From: Pavona decussata
Taxonomy: Eukaryota
Direction of reading: 5' to 3'
Assembly (NCBI GenBank): GCA_977016875.1
Contig: CDRNST010000008.1
Coordinates: 4,588,001 to 4,652,000, forward strand
Length of the DNA: 64,000 bases
Shown: in pieces, positions 25,001 through 46,800 of the stretch
How the letters are laid out: each line of letters begins with the position of its first letter
Numbering within the stretch: position 1 is the stretch's first letter
Program-made: the position numbers and the translations under genes
The notes under the pieces: model-generated
Seen by the model: the letters and a program-made list of their open reading frames with translations, nothing else
The model's database searches: none
What the model was told of the DNA's origin: nothing

Positions 25001-26486
25001 TGTGGCAGTTGATGAAATTGTCCTCCATTTTAATAGTGATGTTGAGTTCACAGTAGATTATGGTCCTCATTAATGATAAGGGAACTGGGAACCCATGCTT
25101 GCTGCCTACATCTCTTATTATATTGCTTGCAGCTACAAAACATTTTGAGTGGGATGCAAGTGACTAAGTTGTGTGATACTTTAACACCAAAGTAAAGTTG
25201 CATCCATCATTTAACAGTATGTTCATTACCTGATTGTGTCTGTGCATTCAGATTTGTTTCCACTAACTGTTACATGGTCATGTTATAATTATTTTTATCC
25301 TGCTGTGACTTGGGGGAAAATGGAAGGACGTTGATTTGCTTCTGATCAGTGCAAGATACTTGATAATTAATTTAATACATTTTTACTTCCAAACAGAAAT
25401 GCCGTCAGTGCAGACAGTGCAGAACAAAAAAGACATCACGATGGCACATTGATTATACCTTGTGTGATGTGTGTTACCAAAACAAACATAAGACAAATCG
25501 ATGTCCGATGTGTAATACCGAGCAGGGCAATCATAGAGTGGTGCAGTGTGACTCCTGCAGTAGGTGGGTGTAGGCTTACATTTGAGGCCAAATCAAATTA
25601 TCAAGCCTGTTTTTTTTTTTATCACTGTTAAGTATGTGATGCCAAAAACATACCAAAAACATGCTAGTATTTTGCTTGATTGACAAGTTATCAGACAATT
25701 TTCAACTGGACACTCAAAAAGATTTGAAAAGGATATTTCATCCTTTTCACCCTGGAGACTTTTCAAACAACATTTCAAAACATTTACATGACGTATATGC
25801 CTTTATTTTGTTTCAGGTGGATTCATACAATGTGTGACAGCATCACGGATGACATTTACAGGAAACTAGAGAGAGATCGCAGCATTATCTACGTATGCAA
25901 GCTTTGCAGAGATGAAGTTGAAAAAATTAAAAAGGAGTGCAGAAGAGAGGTAAGTATTAATGGACAAGCTGACAGTGCATTAATGGATTGTGACTTTGTG
26001 AAGGTGTTGGGTGGGTGGGGTGGGTAGGGTTACAGAGAAGGGGATGGGGATGGGGATGGGGAAAGGAAAATTAAGTAATTCTGTTGACAGGAACTCACTC
26101 TTAAGAGTTATTCTTAAAATTTAGCGTGGTACATATGGGTCAAATATGTGATTCACACTCTCCCATTACCAGCACTCTTTCACTCCATGCATCTGTATAT
26201 GGTTGTTTAGTAATATACAGTCCTGACCTTCTGTATCTGTTGTTTGCAGATGAAAACAGATCCTGTGGAATTGGAGGAGGTATCACCAGTCACTACTATG
26301 GTGTTAGCACAAGAAATGCACAAGGGACACAACACCAAGCAAATCTCTAGCCTCACCACCAGCATGGCAACTACACCGTGTTCAATGACGTGGATGACGT
26401 CTGAGCCTGTCCAGTGGTCCAGATTAAGGATGACATATTCTTTTGAGTATTTCATTATGAAGCAGTATGGTAAAGTGTTACTTTAG
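6633..26486 (+). CDS. Multi-exon gene for a tandem Smad4-like MH1-MH1 plus KMT2C-type ePHD/PHD/PHD/PHD protein (~957 aa; no MH2, no SET)
   Basis: Fifteen exons, all GT-AG and phase-compatible: 6633-7080, 13558-14115, 15958-15986, 16881-17047, 18131-18221, 18899-18981, 20363-20635, 21467-21710, 22638-22742, 23590-23647, 23778-23943, 24760-24874, 25397-25563, 25817-25949, 26250-26486. The total is 2874 nt (958 codons) with no internal stop. The MH1 and PHD exons are secure. The small linker exons 3-6 and the last exon rest on splice signals and phase only. Confidence 0.8.
7758..8137. promoter_or_regulatory. Intronic Smad-binding element cluster (7 CAGAC/GTCTG in ~170 bp plus palindromic GTCTAGAC)
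   Basis: CAGAC at 7758 and 7770; GTCTG at 7840, 7882, 7902, 7912 and 7924; GTCTAGAC at 8130-8137. Motif match only. Confidence 0.5.
10443..10832. mobile_element. TTAA-flanked MITE (Kolobok-like AG...CT termini)
   Basis: TTAA-AGGGGAAGTATCATG ... CATGATACTTCCCCT-TTAA, a perfect 15-bp terminal inverted repeat (TIR) with no coding capacity. Confidence 0.8.
12636..13098 (-). mobile_element. Degenerate 3' fragment of a CR1/L2-like LINE
   Basis: The minus strand reads [40 protein letters not shown], resembling a CR1-type ORF2 C-terminus. It is followed by a T-rich 3' UTR and an ATAAAT/A-rich tail. Confidence 0.55.
13558..14115 (+). CDS. Exon 2: linker plus Smad4-type MH1 domain, copy 2
   Basis: Translation includes [22 protein letters not shown]...[35 protein letters not shown]...FC...[11 protein letters not shown]. 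Acceptor is ttttctctctatacag and donor is CAG|GTATG, giving a symmetric phase 1-1 exon of 558 nt. Confidence 0.93.
15221..15396. repeat. 48-bp minisatellite, about 3.5 copies
   Basis: Unit GAT(G/A)TTAGGTGGCAAAAGTGAATGGTAACCTTGAGGCTTTGCAAGACA at 15221 and 15269, truncated at 15317, and again near 15354. Confidence 0.9.
16683..16860 (+). mobile_element. tRNA-derived SINE-like repeat (copy A)
   Basis: A-box-like TGGCTCAGTAGTAGAGC and B-box GGTTCGACTC. A homologous copy lies at 41045-41240. Confidence 0.65.
17299..17490. mobile_element. TA-flanked Tc1/mariner(pogo)-type MITE
   Basis: TA-CAGTCGCACCTCTATTAAGCGGCCACC ... GGTGGCCGCTTAATAGAGGTCCGACTG-TA, with internal repeats of CTATTAAGCGGCCA. Confidence 0.85.
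17733..17890. repeat. Palindromic (hairpin) MITE-like repeat
   Basis: Nested inverted arms: CCTTTC..ATATTAAAATTCGGCTT / AAGTTGAATTTTAATAT..GAAAGG and AGAGGACACAAACAA / TTGTTTGTGTCCTCT. Confidence 0.6.
18340..18646 (-). mobile_element. tRNA-derived SINE with a conserved central domain
   Basis: On the minus strand, a tRNA-like head (GTGGTATAGTGATTAGC...GGTTCAAGGC) is followed by TTTCCTTAGACAAGAAACTTTGCTCCACATTGTCTCTCTTCACCCAGGTGTATAAATGG, a core resembling CORE-type metazoan SINEs. Confidence 0.7.
20363..25949 (+). CDS. Exons 7-14: KMT2C-like N-terminal ePHD, PHD, PHD, Zn-knuckle and PHD cluster
   Basis: ePHD: [14 protein letters not shown]...WVHERCAAW...[28 protein letters not shown]...LYCVSH. 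PHD: CDRC..CTRC..HSYC..GWECAQC. PHD: [23 protein letters not shown]. Knuckle: CRQC..WH..CDVCYQ. PHD: [23 protein letters not shown]. Order and motifs follow the recalled KMT2C N-terminus (CAFCYCGEKSSLGQGDL...WAHHRC...YHYPCA...CDKGYH...RWVHLECD). Confidence 0.9.
21760..22265. repeat. Dispersed repeat with an internal tandem duplication; a third copy lies at about 38345-38590
   Basis: TTTTTGAA..GCTTCAAAAACATTCCTGGAAAAGC.TGTGTC.A.AGAGTTCATAACA...AATTAGCATACGAGAAAAACA occurs near 21819, 22091 and 38357. Confidence 0.85.
23020..23540. repeat. Tandemly duplicated palindromic dispersed repeat
   Basis: Two ~220-bp copies (about 23093-23315 and 23318-23540), each with an inverted core ATTATTCCAC.....TTGGAT..GAGAT ... 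ATCTCATATCCAA....GTGGAATAAT. Confidence 0.75.
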
Positions 26487-29083
26487 GATACTGCATATTC
26501 AATGCAACCTCTCAAACTTGAAATTAATCTGTGGAAAAAATATCCTGGGGATTGTTCGTTTTCACAGCATTTTTCGTTGGACCCATCAGAAAAACCTAAT
26601 AAATTCTTCATTTAAGATTTGTCACTTTGTGATTTACAAGTCATACAACGTCAAGCAACTTGGGCATAATTTTATTCTCTTTTTGGCATTACTATGTGCC
26701 TTGAATGTTAGGCTCAATACATCTGCTTGAAGATTTTATTAGAGTGATTGTCGTAATTGTTGAAACACTAATGCATAGTGATCTTAAGTGTGTGAGTTTA
26801 GAAATATCAGTCACTAATATGTTCAGTAACACTGATTTACTGATTGAAATTTCTCCAAAATTTGTTGTTTTAAAGAGCTTTATATTGTTGCAGTAAATTC
26901 AGTATTGTATATATTAAATTATTGACATGTCAATATTTAAATAACTTGCATATATATGACACACATCCAATATTCAGTCTTGATGAAGCTTTGTCAAATT
27001 GCTTGTCACAAGAACAGATGTTGTGACAGAGCAAAGCAAGGACATTATTTTATGCCTTCCATATCAATCACATTAAAAAGGAAAATCATTAATGTATAAT
27101 TTATATCATGCAGACATTATTTTCTGGACTCAGACTAAATTCCCTAAGCATAACTTCTTTGAAATTGATATTTCTAAAATGAGTAATTCTCTGTTAAGTA
27201 TTAATTTGGTATCAGAGTATATAAAGATTGCATAACATCCAATTAAGATGTTAACTTCTGAAACTTCATGCTTTTCTTGTGGCATGAAAATTGCTTTCTG
27301 GTTAATCAAAGATGTCTTACTCTGCAGCTTGGTACAACTGAATTTAATTATTTAACAAAAACCACAGTTGATTAAAAAAAAATGTGACATCTTTCTAAAT
27401 TTATCACCAAAACCAGTTAAGCATATTGGGCTGGTTAATTTAGGTTAACAAGCTTTTCCAATAGAAATCTAAGGTTGCAGAAATTTATATTAATAATATT
27501 ATTGTACAAACATATATGCCGGTACATATATTCCAATCATTTTTATAGCTGTTGTTGACTGATTACTAATGTTGACGCTTTTTGATGCATATAGAATTTG
27601 TAGCTGTGGTAAGTTGAACAATAATTATTATGGTGTGTGTTCAATCCATATATACATGTTGATCATGATTTTTGTTATAAGAAGACAGCGGGATTGCTAA
27701 ACAGATTGTTTCATTTATAATATTACTGCTTTTTATCAGTGAGTGTTATTTGATATAATTATTGTTTTCTGTAACTTTAAAACTGGTATTGTGACTATTA
27801 TTTTGAAATTTATCTGGCAAGTTTGTGGTGAAAGATCGCCATGCTATAACATAATTTTTTTTCCCATAGTGATGACGTTGCTATTTCGTAACTTGGAGCC
27901 TGCTGATATGGGGCCAAGAAACTTTATTAAACCACTGCTATTTTCTATGTAAACATTTTTCTCTGTTCAGGTTGGAACAGAAGCCAAATAACTGTTTTCT
28001 TGGAAGACACCAGGATGAAAAAATCCATGGATTGCTCAAAATAATTTATTGCTTGAATAACAAATAACAATTTCTCATCTTGGTACAAAATTTTCCCATA
28101 CGAACATGTGATAAAAAAATTTGTGCTGTCTCCTGAAGGACCAACGTGGCAACAGTATTGGCTGAGACACTCCATGTGAACAGGCTCTAAGCATGATTAT
28201 TATCAAACTGGCAAACATTTAAATCAATACTATCAGTGAAATAATTTAGTAACTTGCAAGTAAGAGAGGAACAAGTTCCCTACTTTTCGTGAAAAATGGC
28301 ATTATTTTCAAGGGCTGGAACCCGGTAACTACAGATCTGTATTTTAGTAAATAATGAATTTTACTGACCTGAAATCAAATTAATTTTACACTCAGCAAAC
28401 TATCTGAGAATGGATAGTTATACATCCTACAGTCATTCATACATATCTGGACTATACATGTACTATTTATACTATTTACTATGGAATGAAATGATGATAA
28501 AAATTTACACTTTAACAGGTCCTCACCGAGAGAAACTGCTATTTTTACTGCTAGATATTTAATTTGATCTTGTAAAATATTATTTTATACCTCTGAAATG
28601 AACTGAAAGTAAATTACTATTTTATTGGCACTGCTTCCTGCAGCATACTTTAGTACTCAAACTTAATTTTACTGTAAGCTTAACAAAAACTAAACTTCAA
28701 GAAGCTGGCGACTTCTTGGTACTGTTCAGTAGCACTTCAGTTGATTGTCCCACTTTTTAAAAGTTGTGAGTTTTTGGCTTTAGAAAGACTGCAACCAGGC
28801 TTTTAAAGGCAATTTCTGATGGTGGTAGATAACAATGTCCTTTTGGGTCTTGTGAGAAGGTGTATTCTATATCATGGCAATTTGTTAGAGCTCCAGTGCA
28901 GCTCAATGGTCAAAGATTAATGAACTTTCAATAGAGAAAAAGTACTGGGTTGTGAGTGGGAGCTGTCCGTTCAACCAAACATGCCAGAATATGTGAGAGA
29001 ACTGGGAGCTATTTCTCAAAACTCCTGATAACAATACAGGCCCGCTAAGTATTTTTTGAAATCCTTCTATTACTAATTGGTGT

Positions 29084-29444
29084 TACAGTCAATCCATGTC
29101 AGGCGTGACGGGTATTTTTGAAATTTGAACGAAGTTTTGAAATTTACATGTCAGTTTTGAACATCGCCAACAAGATTTCAGAGTTCCCGTAGAAGTTTCC
29201 CCAGTTTATTGACGGTATAAAGCTATGAATTTTTCTTTACATTACAGCATTAAGTATTTCAAGAATAACAATTTTTTCCCAAGTATTTTGAATCTTTTTT
29301 TTTCTCTGTTAGTGAGTTTTTTTTGGAAAGATTTCCAGAGAAATGTTCAACATTCCATTCACATGTCGGACATTACAAAATAGAAATTCAAATGTTCATT
29401 TCATTCTTGGAAATACTGGTGACGCGTCACGTGAATTGACTGTA
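29084..29444. mobile_element. TA-flanked MITE
   Basis: TA-CAGTCAATCCATGTCAGGCGTGAC..GTATTT ... AAATAC..GTGACGCGTCACGTGAATTGACTG-TA, imperfect TIR. Confidence 0.7.
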
Positions 29445-32400
29445 TAACTATACTATTCTTAAGAGCATCTGACCAAAGAATATAGCTGAAATTCAGGCAA
29501 GACATTTCTGACAAAGTTTTCAGAAATGCCACAAACCGTTTTGTTACAAAAACATAAATCACTCAACTGAAAAATGCTGAAATTACAGGAATGGAATTGG
29601 ACTACTGAACATGCAGAGATTTCCCAAGTAAATTTCCAAAATTCGAGTACACTATTCAGAGTTGTCTTCTCTTTCCAAAATTTCTGTAAGAATAAAAAAA
29701 AATTGTTTTCCAATCCAATGTCTAAATGTTTTGAAACGTTTGGTTGAATGAAAAGCTCTATTATGTTTTGCCCACTGGCATGTAAAAAGGTGTGTAGCCA
29801 TTTCTGTAATGACTAAGCATCTTGAGTTCAACGGATTATCATTTGAAAGTCTGTTACATATAACAACAAGCGTTGCGTGGAAACCTGTATGTCTGTCAAA
29901 TTTTATCTGGATTTATATAACAAAGATGATCACTGTGTATTTATATCTAAAATATCAAAGCAATCAGCGGACAGAAAATAATTATTTTTATGAAATTATA
30001 GCGTGATCTTTGTACTTGAATATTTTAAGAAACCTGAAAATGCATATGATCAAAGCCACCTGTATATTAATAATATTTATTGAAAAACATGTTAATTCCA
30101 AACTGAAGTACATGTATTGCTACAGTACTACAAATGGTGGATTCCCACTTTCAAAATTGTCTCAGCTATCACAAATTATGTTCTCGTTTGCCTACTGGGT
30201 GACTATCCAGAATTTTACACAGCAAACCTAGCATTTGTGACTTTTAGTGGGATGATTGGATTCTGCCACAAAATATGTAAACTGCAAGTTCGTATCTACC
30301 CGGGAATGATAGCCTCCATCAATGATATTAAGGAGTTCTATCAGCTGCAACTGGTCATTAATATTTTGTATGTATACATGTATGCCCTGTCAGTTTGTGT
30401 CAAATAAACCACTCTAGATACATGAAGTTTGAAGGTCATATATTCAAGCCTTGTTGCATTTCATTAATTTTTTTATTCATTGTGGGCATAATTTATTACA
30501 TTTAGGTGCATTGTAATAATACCAACATTACTGCTGGTAACATTTTACTGTTAACTGTTAAATTGTTTCTCATTGTTAAACAACCTGATCAGCCAAATAT
30601 CACTTAATATTCTCGCTCTATTGTTAGTCTAAATAATTGCATAAAAAAGTGATATAATTTAAATGACGATATTGACTTAATGCATGATCATTACATTAAA
30701 AACACCAGGCTATCGCATATTTAAGATGGGAGTAAAACTATGTTAGAAATCTGCAAAGCAATGTTGTTATTGTCAGATATTTATTAAGGACTAACATTAT
30801 AAAGAAAGAGATACCAGTGTGGTCAAAACTCAAGTTACTCTTGTGTCTTTTACCAACATGAACTCTTGAGATCTAAATACAATTAATGGCTCATTTGACT
30901 TTGCTGTTGTTCATGTTACCACCTTAGTGAGGGAACTGGGAAGTATCAATTTAGCGAGTTCACGAGGTAATGTGCATGGGTTTTAATAACTGGATTTCCA
31001 TCCATTTTGTGTTCAGAGAACTACAACAGACAACAGCATTAAACATGATCATTAGTTGGGTTTCGAACATTGGGAGTTATGTGTTGGTGAAACCACACTT
31101 AAGGTTTAACGGACACCAACAGAACCACATTCAACTGTTCATTAATGGACATAAAGATTTGGCAAAACTGAATCAATGTTCTAGCCATATTCACACATTT
31201 CTTAATTTCTTACTAAAACGAATCTGTCACCATTCGTTTGGTAATTTGCATTATCCTGCCTGAAACCAGCACCCAAAATTGACAAGTTAAACAGATTATT
31301 TAAAATTCTGAATTACCTAAAGCCACATTTCCTATGTTCACAGCATTAACATGTGAATTAGCTTAAGCATAACATATTGAAAAATAACATATTTTTGCAA
31401 ATGTCAGGGTCCCAAAAAACACGGATGGAAGTGTATCACCTGCTTAGCAAAAGGTGGAAATAATTAGGGCCTTCCTTCTCTTTCCAGTGAAGAGAGGACT
31501 TCCTTTCCCTTCCCAAAGGGGAGAGCCCCCCTCTCCCCCACCCCTTGCCCATTAGGTACCCTGGCATGTGTTTAATTTTTGCTATAATGCCTGCAGCTAA
31601 TTAATGCATATTTGTTGCATAAATATTTAAAATTTTAAAAAATTCAATAAATGATTTGCTGTGCAATTGTGTCTCCTTGTCTTGGACTAAAGCTAAAACC
31701 TTGTCATCCCCCCGCCATCTTTTCCCGGAGTCCCCTGCAAGAAGAGCATAAAATTAATCGTTGTTTTGGCCAAAAGGTCAGAAAATGCTCCAAACCTGCC
31801 CAGTTTGAGAAAATTTGGATCAATGTTTGATAATTTATATGTTTCCAAAACTTCCTTTTACATATCCAAGAAAAACTTGAAGAACTTATAAATAATAAAA
31901 AAGAGTTTTCAACTAGAAAATATTAAAATCACTACCTAAATACTATCAAACATAAGATGTCATCCTTTAACTCCTTTTGTTTTTGTACCATTTTGTTTCA
32001 TTTTGTTCTTTCCTTCTTCCTTTTAGTCTTACAGTATTTATTGTAATGATACCCCACTTTGCCCTTTCCATACTTGTATTTCTAAAATTTAGCATGAAAT
32101 ACATACCGTAAATTCAAGCATTAAAGATGGTAAAACAATTCCTAATGTAAAACCAAAACAGAACAATTCAATAAAAGCTTTTTGCCTGAAGGCTGAATTT
32201 TGAAGGACTGATTACATTAAACTTCAGTGCATTAAAACTGAGACAAAATTCCTGGTAAATTAGGCTTGGACAATAAAATTAAAACCTACTTGGGTTAAGT
32301 CCTAAAATCTGCAGTACACGCTTAAAGTGGGCAAGCTTGGAGCGTTTTTCTGTTATTGTTGTTGTTGTTGTTGTTGTTGATGATTGATTGTTGTTGATGA

Positions 32401-32996
32401 TTGATGTTTTTTGGGGGAGCATAAAAGAGATTTATGCCCTTCTTGCAGTAACCCTTCAATTAACAAGTATAACCTGCACACCTCAAAAGTGCAAGAAAAT
32501 GTTCACGTGCCAGTAGAGGCTAACCGAATCTCTAAATTTATGTTAATTCCCCCTTTAGTGTCTGAACAGTGCACTAACAATCAGCACAGAACCCAAAACA
32601 TTGTTTCCTAAACTAAAACAAAACTTTCCCAATTTCCATGTGGAAGAAAATCTCTTGCGAAGGTAAGAGGTTTAAAAAAAAATTCAGTATTGCGTCCACC
32701 ATAAAATATTGTATTTTAGTGGTTGGGCAATAAGGGATCGATTTTACTCATGATCAAGTCTCCTTGCTTATTAACCATTATTGAAAATTTCATACCAAAG
32801 TAAAAAAGGAGGTTCTTTTTCATTGTGGTTAAATTCATGCCCCTCACAGAATTAGCAATCCCCTGTGTTCTTCTGTTTGGACATTTGCATGATTTAAAAA
32901 AGACATTTTTCACATTGTCAAGACTGTAAGTTCATGGCAAATAAATGCATGTATGAGTGATGAAGGCTTATCTTGTATGTTATCCCATAATCTTGA

Positions 32997-43462
<10,466 letters not shown>

Positions 43463-43837
43463 CTTGATTTCACAATATACTACACCTTCCCCCTCTCCGC
43501 TCCGTAGTGAGGCGTCTGAAGCTAACTGAAAACAAAGCACGAGTGGGGTAGAGTGGGTAGGGGGTAGGGTATATGTTTTTCCAACAAAAACCTAAGAACA
43601 TCCAAAACAATTTTTTTTTTAAGGAAGTGTTAAGGACGTATCCTAGGCCAAGGTTTTGTAAGAGGTTTTCCTGTAGAGTGAAAAAGCCTCGAATGACACC
43701 GTCCACTACCTTTTAAGGCCGAGGCTTTTGAAAGACCCACCCCCACCCGTATCCGTCCCCCAAACGAACGAAGAGGCCGAGGACCCAGTCTTTTTCGCTG
43801 CTGCAGGTTGCAGATTTATATCTCTTCCATTTTGAAA
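43463..43837. promoter_or_regulatory. Bidirectional promoter region shared by PHYHD1 and SOD2
   Basis: The divergent ATGs are separated by only 375 bp. The region is locally CpG-retaining, with G-rich and C-rich tracts. Confidence 0.75.
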
Positions 43838-46800
43838 ATGCTGTCTCGTGGTTGTGGAAGGTTTTTGTCCGTGAAAAAGGTATTCCCAGCTGTTGTTTCA
43901 GGAGCAACTAGAGCTAAGCACACTCTCCCTGATCTGCCGTATGATTACAATGCTCTGGAGCCGACAATCAGCGCGGAGATTATGCAACTTCACCACCAAA
44001 AACACCATGCTACTTACGTGAACAACCTGAACGTAGCAGAAGAGAAGTATGCTGAGGCTCAGGCCAAAGGTACAGAAAAACGATACCAAGATTAGAAGAG
44101 TATCGCTCGGCTAAAATTTACAAACTGATCAGCGAAAAATTACGAGTTGGTTTTTTAGTGTACCAATGGAAATCAAACCATATCATCCACATGAAGGAAT
44201 GAATATTTCCATTGATGATCATTGATTTCCGGGGGTGGGTACACATGATAGGATGTAAATGCCAGTCAACTGATTTGGTACCTCTTAGGGGTAAAATATT
44301 ATTCAGACCATGCCCACAAAACAGAATTCTGGTTTTTTTTTAGGGGTTCTTTTCAAAATTTCCTACGATCACCCCTGTCACTTTTATATGAGAGTGCTCC
44401 CCTGCCCCCCCCCCCCCCGGGGGGGGGGGCATTTGAGTGAACAGGCCAGAGAGGACTAGCAAGTTCAGATTGAAGGTTTCCCAAGCTCCCCCAATAAATG
44501 TATTATCGGAAATAATCAGTTTGTCCCAACCAATCACTGATTGATTAAAATCTATTTAATTCAGTACTGTACGTTTTATGCTTGGGAATCAGTAATGTTA
44601 TCAGACACCCTTATCAAACCAACTTCTCAAACTCATTAATAATTCAACAGCCAAAGACAAAGGAAATCATGCACTGTGACATGTTTGGATATCTGAAGAA
44701 AAACTCCTGGTTTTTGAATCCTTAATTTCACCTTCAAAATCAGTTCGTTTGAGAAGTTATGTCAAACACGCGTCACAGTGTTTCATCACAATATCAAAAA
44801 CCTCGAAGTTTGTCAAAAATACTCCGCTACGCATCATATTTTCAACTCTCTTCTCGGTGTTTGATATGTGGTGAAACACTGTGTCTCATGTTTGATATGT
44901 TACATGAAAGGCCATCCAAATAAGACAAACCTTAGAGAGGACCCTGGGAAATGACAGACCAGTTTCGTTCATTGACTTTATTGTAACATTGTAAGCTACC
45001 CTATTCTTCACTTCTCTTATTGACTTGTAGTCTCCTACCGAACTGTTCTTAGTGAGGAGGAGGGTTGCATGACGACGCTAAGAATGGCTGCACAGGAGAC
45101 TAATCTAGTGGCTCTCTCTCAAATGTTGAGTAGAGCAGCTAAGCGAAAAGTAGAGTTGAGTCACTGCTATGTGCCTTCTTGATACTGTTGTGTGGAAGCC
45201 AATGTTTAACTATTCAAGTAGGCTGGATTGAAGACCATTATTTTGTTAAACCCCACCTGTTGAAATAACTGGCCCAGTATGTTTATTTTGGGGGTTGGCC
45301 AAAATTTGGCTAATGGAAAGTTGGTGTTTTGAACAGGCTTTATTTGGTTCAACTTAGAGTGTTGGGAGTATTGTTTTTTTGTTTGTTTGTTTGTTTTTTC
45401 AGGTGATATCGGTGCCATGATAGCTTTGCAGCCAGCACTGAAGTTTAATGGTGGAGGGCACATCAATCACAGCATATTTTGGACCAATCTTTCTCCCAAC
45501 AGTGGCGGCGAACCAACAGGTACAAGTATGGTGACACATGAAAACATTATCTTTATTAAAACCCTGGAGCTAGACATTTTCATTAACATTGTTCTACAAT
45601 ATTTGCTTTTTTTTTTTTTTCACAGGTGACCTAATGGAAGCTATCAAGCGAGACTTTGGATCCTTTGAAAGCTTTAAGGAACGGTTCAACACAGCCACAG
45701 TGGCCGTTCAGGGCTCAGGGTGGGGTTGGCTGGTAAGTTGATACACAGGGCTCATGCTGCCAGGGCTGATTGATGAGAGGTTATGGTGCTACAAAGGGAT
45801 GTCTTTCCAGCATAGCATTGCAAGGTGACAACTGTCCTATCTGCAGACAGTCAACATTACACTTCCTGCTTTGTCAAACAAATTTTGGTTTCTTTTGAGT
45901 GTTTGGGTTGGTGTAAGGATACTGTACAACCTCTTTTTCCTTCAAACACATCTCAATAAATTTCCTAGGTTAATAGCACCACTTGAAAGCTAGGAAACTG
46001 TCTTTATTAGTCGCTCTCTCTTAATCTGGATGTTTCATCGTTTTTTTTATATATTTCCCTTGTCCTCAGTCTATGCTGAGGTCACTTCCACCAATGGATT
46101 CTATTTTGGTCAATTTTAGAAACGGAAAAAAATTTACCCAATGTTTTCTGGGTTTGAAGCTCACATGTAAACACATTATGATGGTGCCATTGAGTTAAAT
46201 TTCTTTTCAAGGTGTTGAGAGACTCAGCTCTAGTACTCAGCTTCTTCCCTCCACTCTCCCTGATGCTTTATTTGATGAGAGAAATCTTCCAGTTTTCTGG
46301 CATTTCATTTACTTGTTTTTTTTGTTGTTGTTGTTTTGTTTTGGTGTTTTTTTTTTGAATAAATGTTACTCCCTGTATTGTCCCCCCCCCCCCCCCACCC
46401 CCACCCAAATTAACCCCAATACTAGAGGAAAAAAACTAGTAAGAGATTTTCAATTGGAAATTATAGGAATAATTTGAATTCACATTCAGTATGATTGTCT
46501 TGTTAGGGTTATAACAAGGTGACCAAACGGCTTGTGATCCAAACTTGTGCCAACCAAGATCCACTTCAGGCTACAACAGGTAAACACACCCTCTTTTAAA
46601 TAGTCAATTTATTTCAATTTTTTTCTCAAAATTCTTTTGTCAAAACAAAAATGTCTGTTTCTTGGTAACTTCTATCCAGCCTTTATGCCAAAATAGAGTT
46701 GATTTGCAGCAATTTGGTTTTCAAGGCTAAAAACTGCACACATGGCTTGCTTACGCCAAGTTATTTCTTTTTGTTCAACTGAATGTTTCCATTTAGTAAA

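Noticed and set aside
20363-25949. PHD exons as part of the KMT2C/D gene at the left edge
   Set aside because: That gene ends at the post-SET stop (1318) with a polyA signal, and the PHD exons lie downstream, so they cannot be its N-terminus unless the assembly is scrambled.
26126-26350. Alternative reading frame for the last exon ([11 protein letters not shown]...)
   Set aside because: The upstream donor at 25949 is phase 0, which selects the [10 protein letters not shown] frame ending at 26486.
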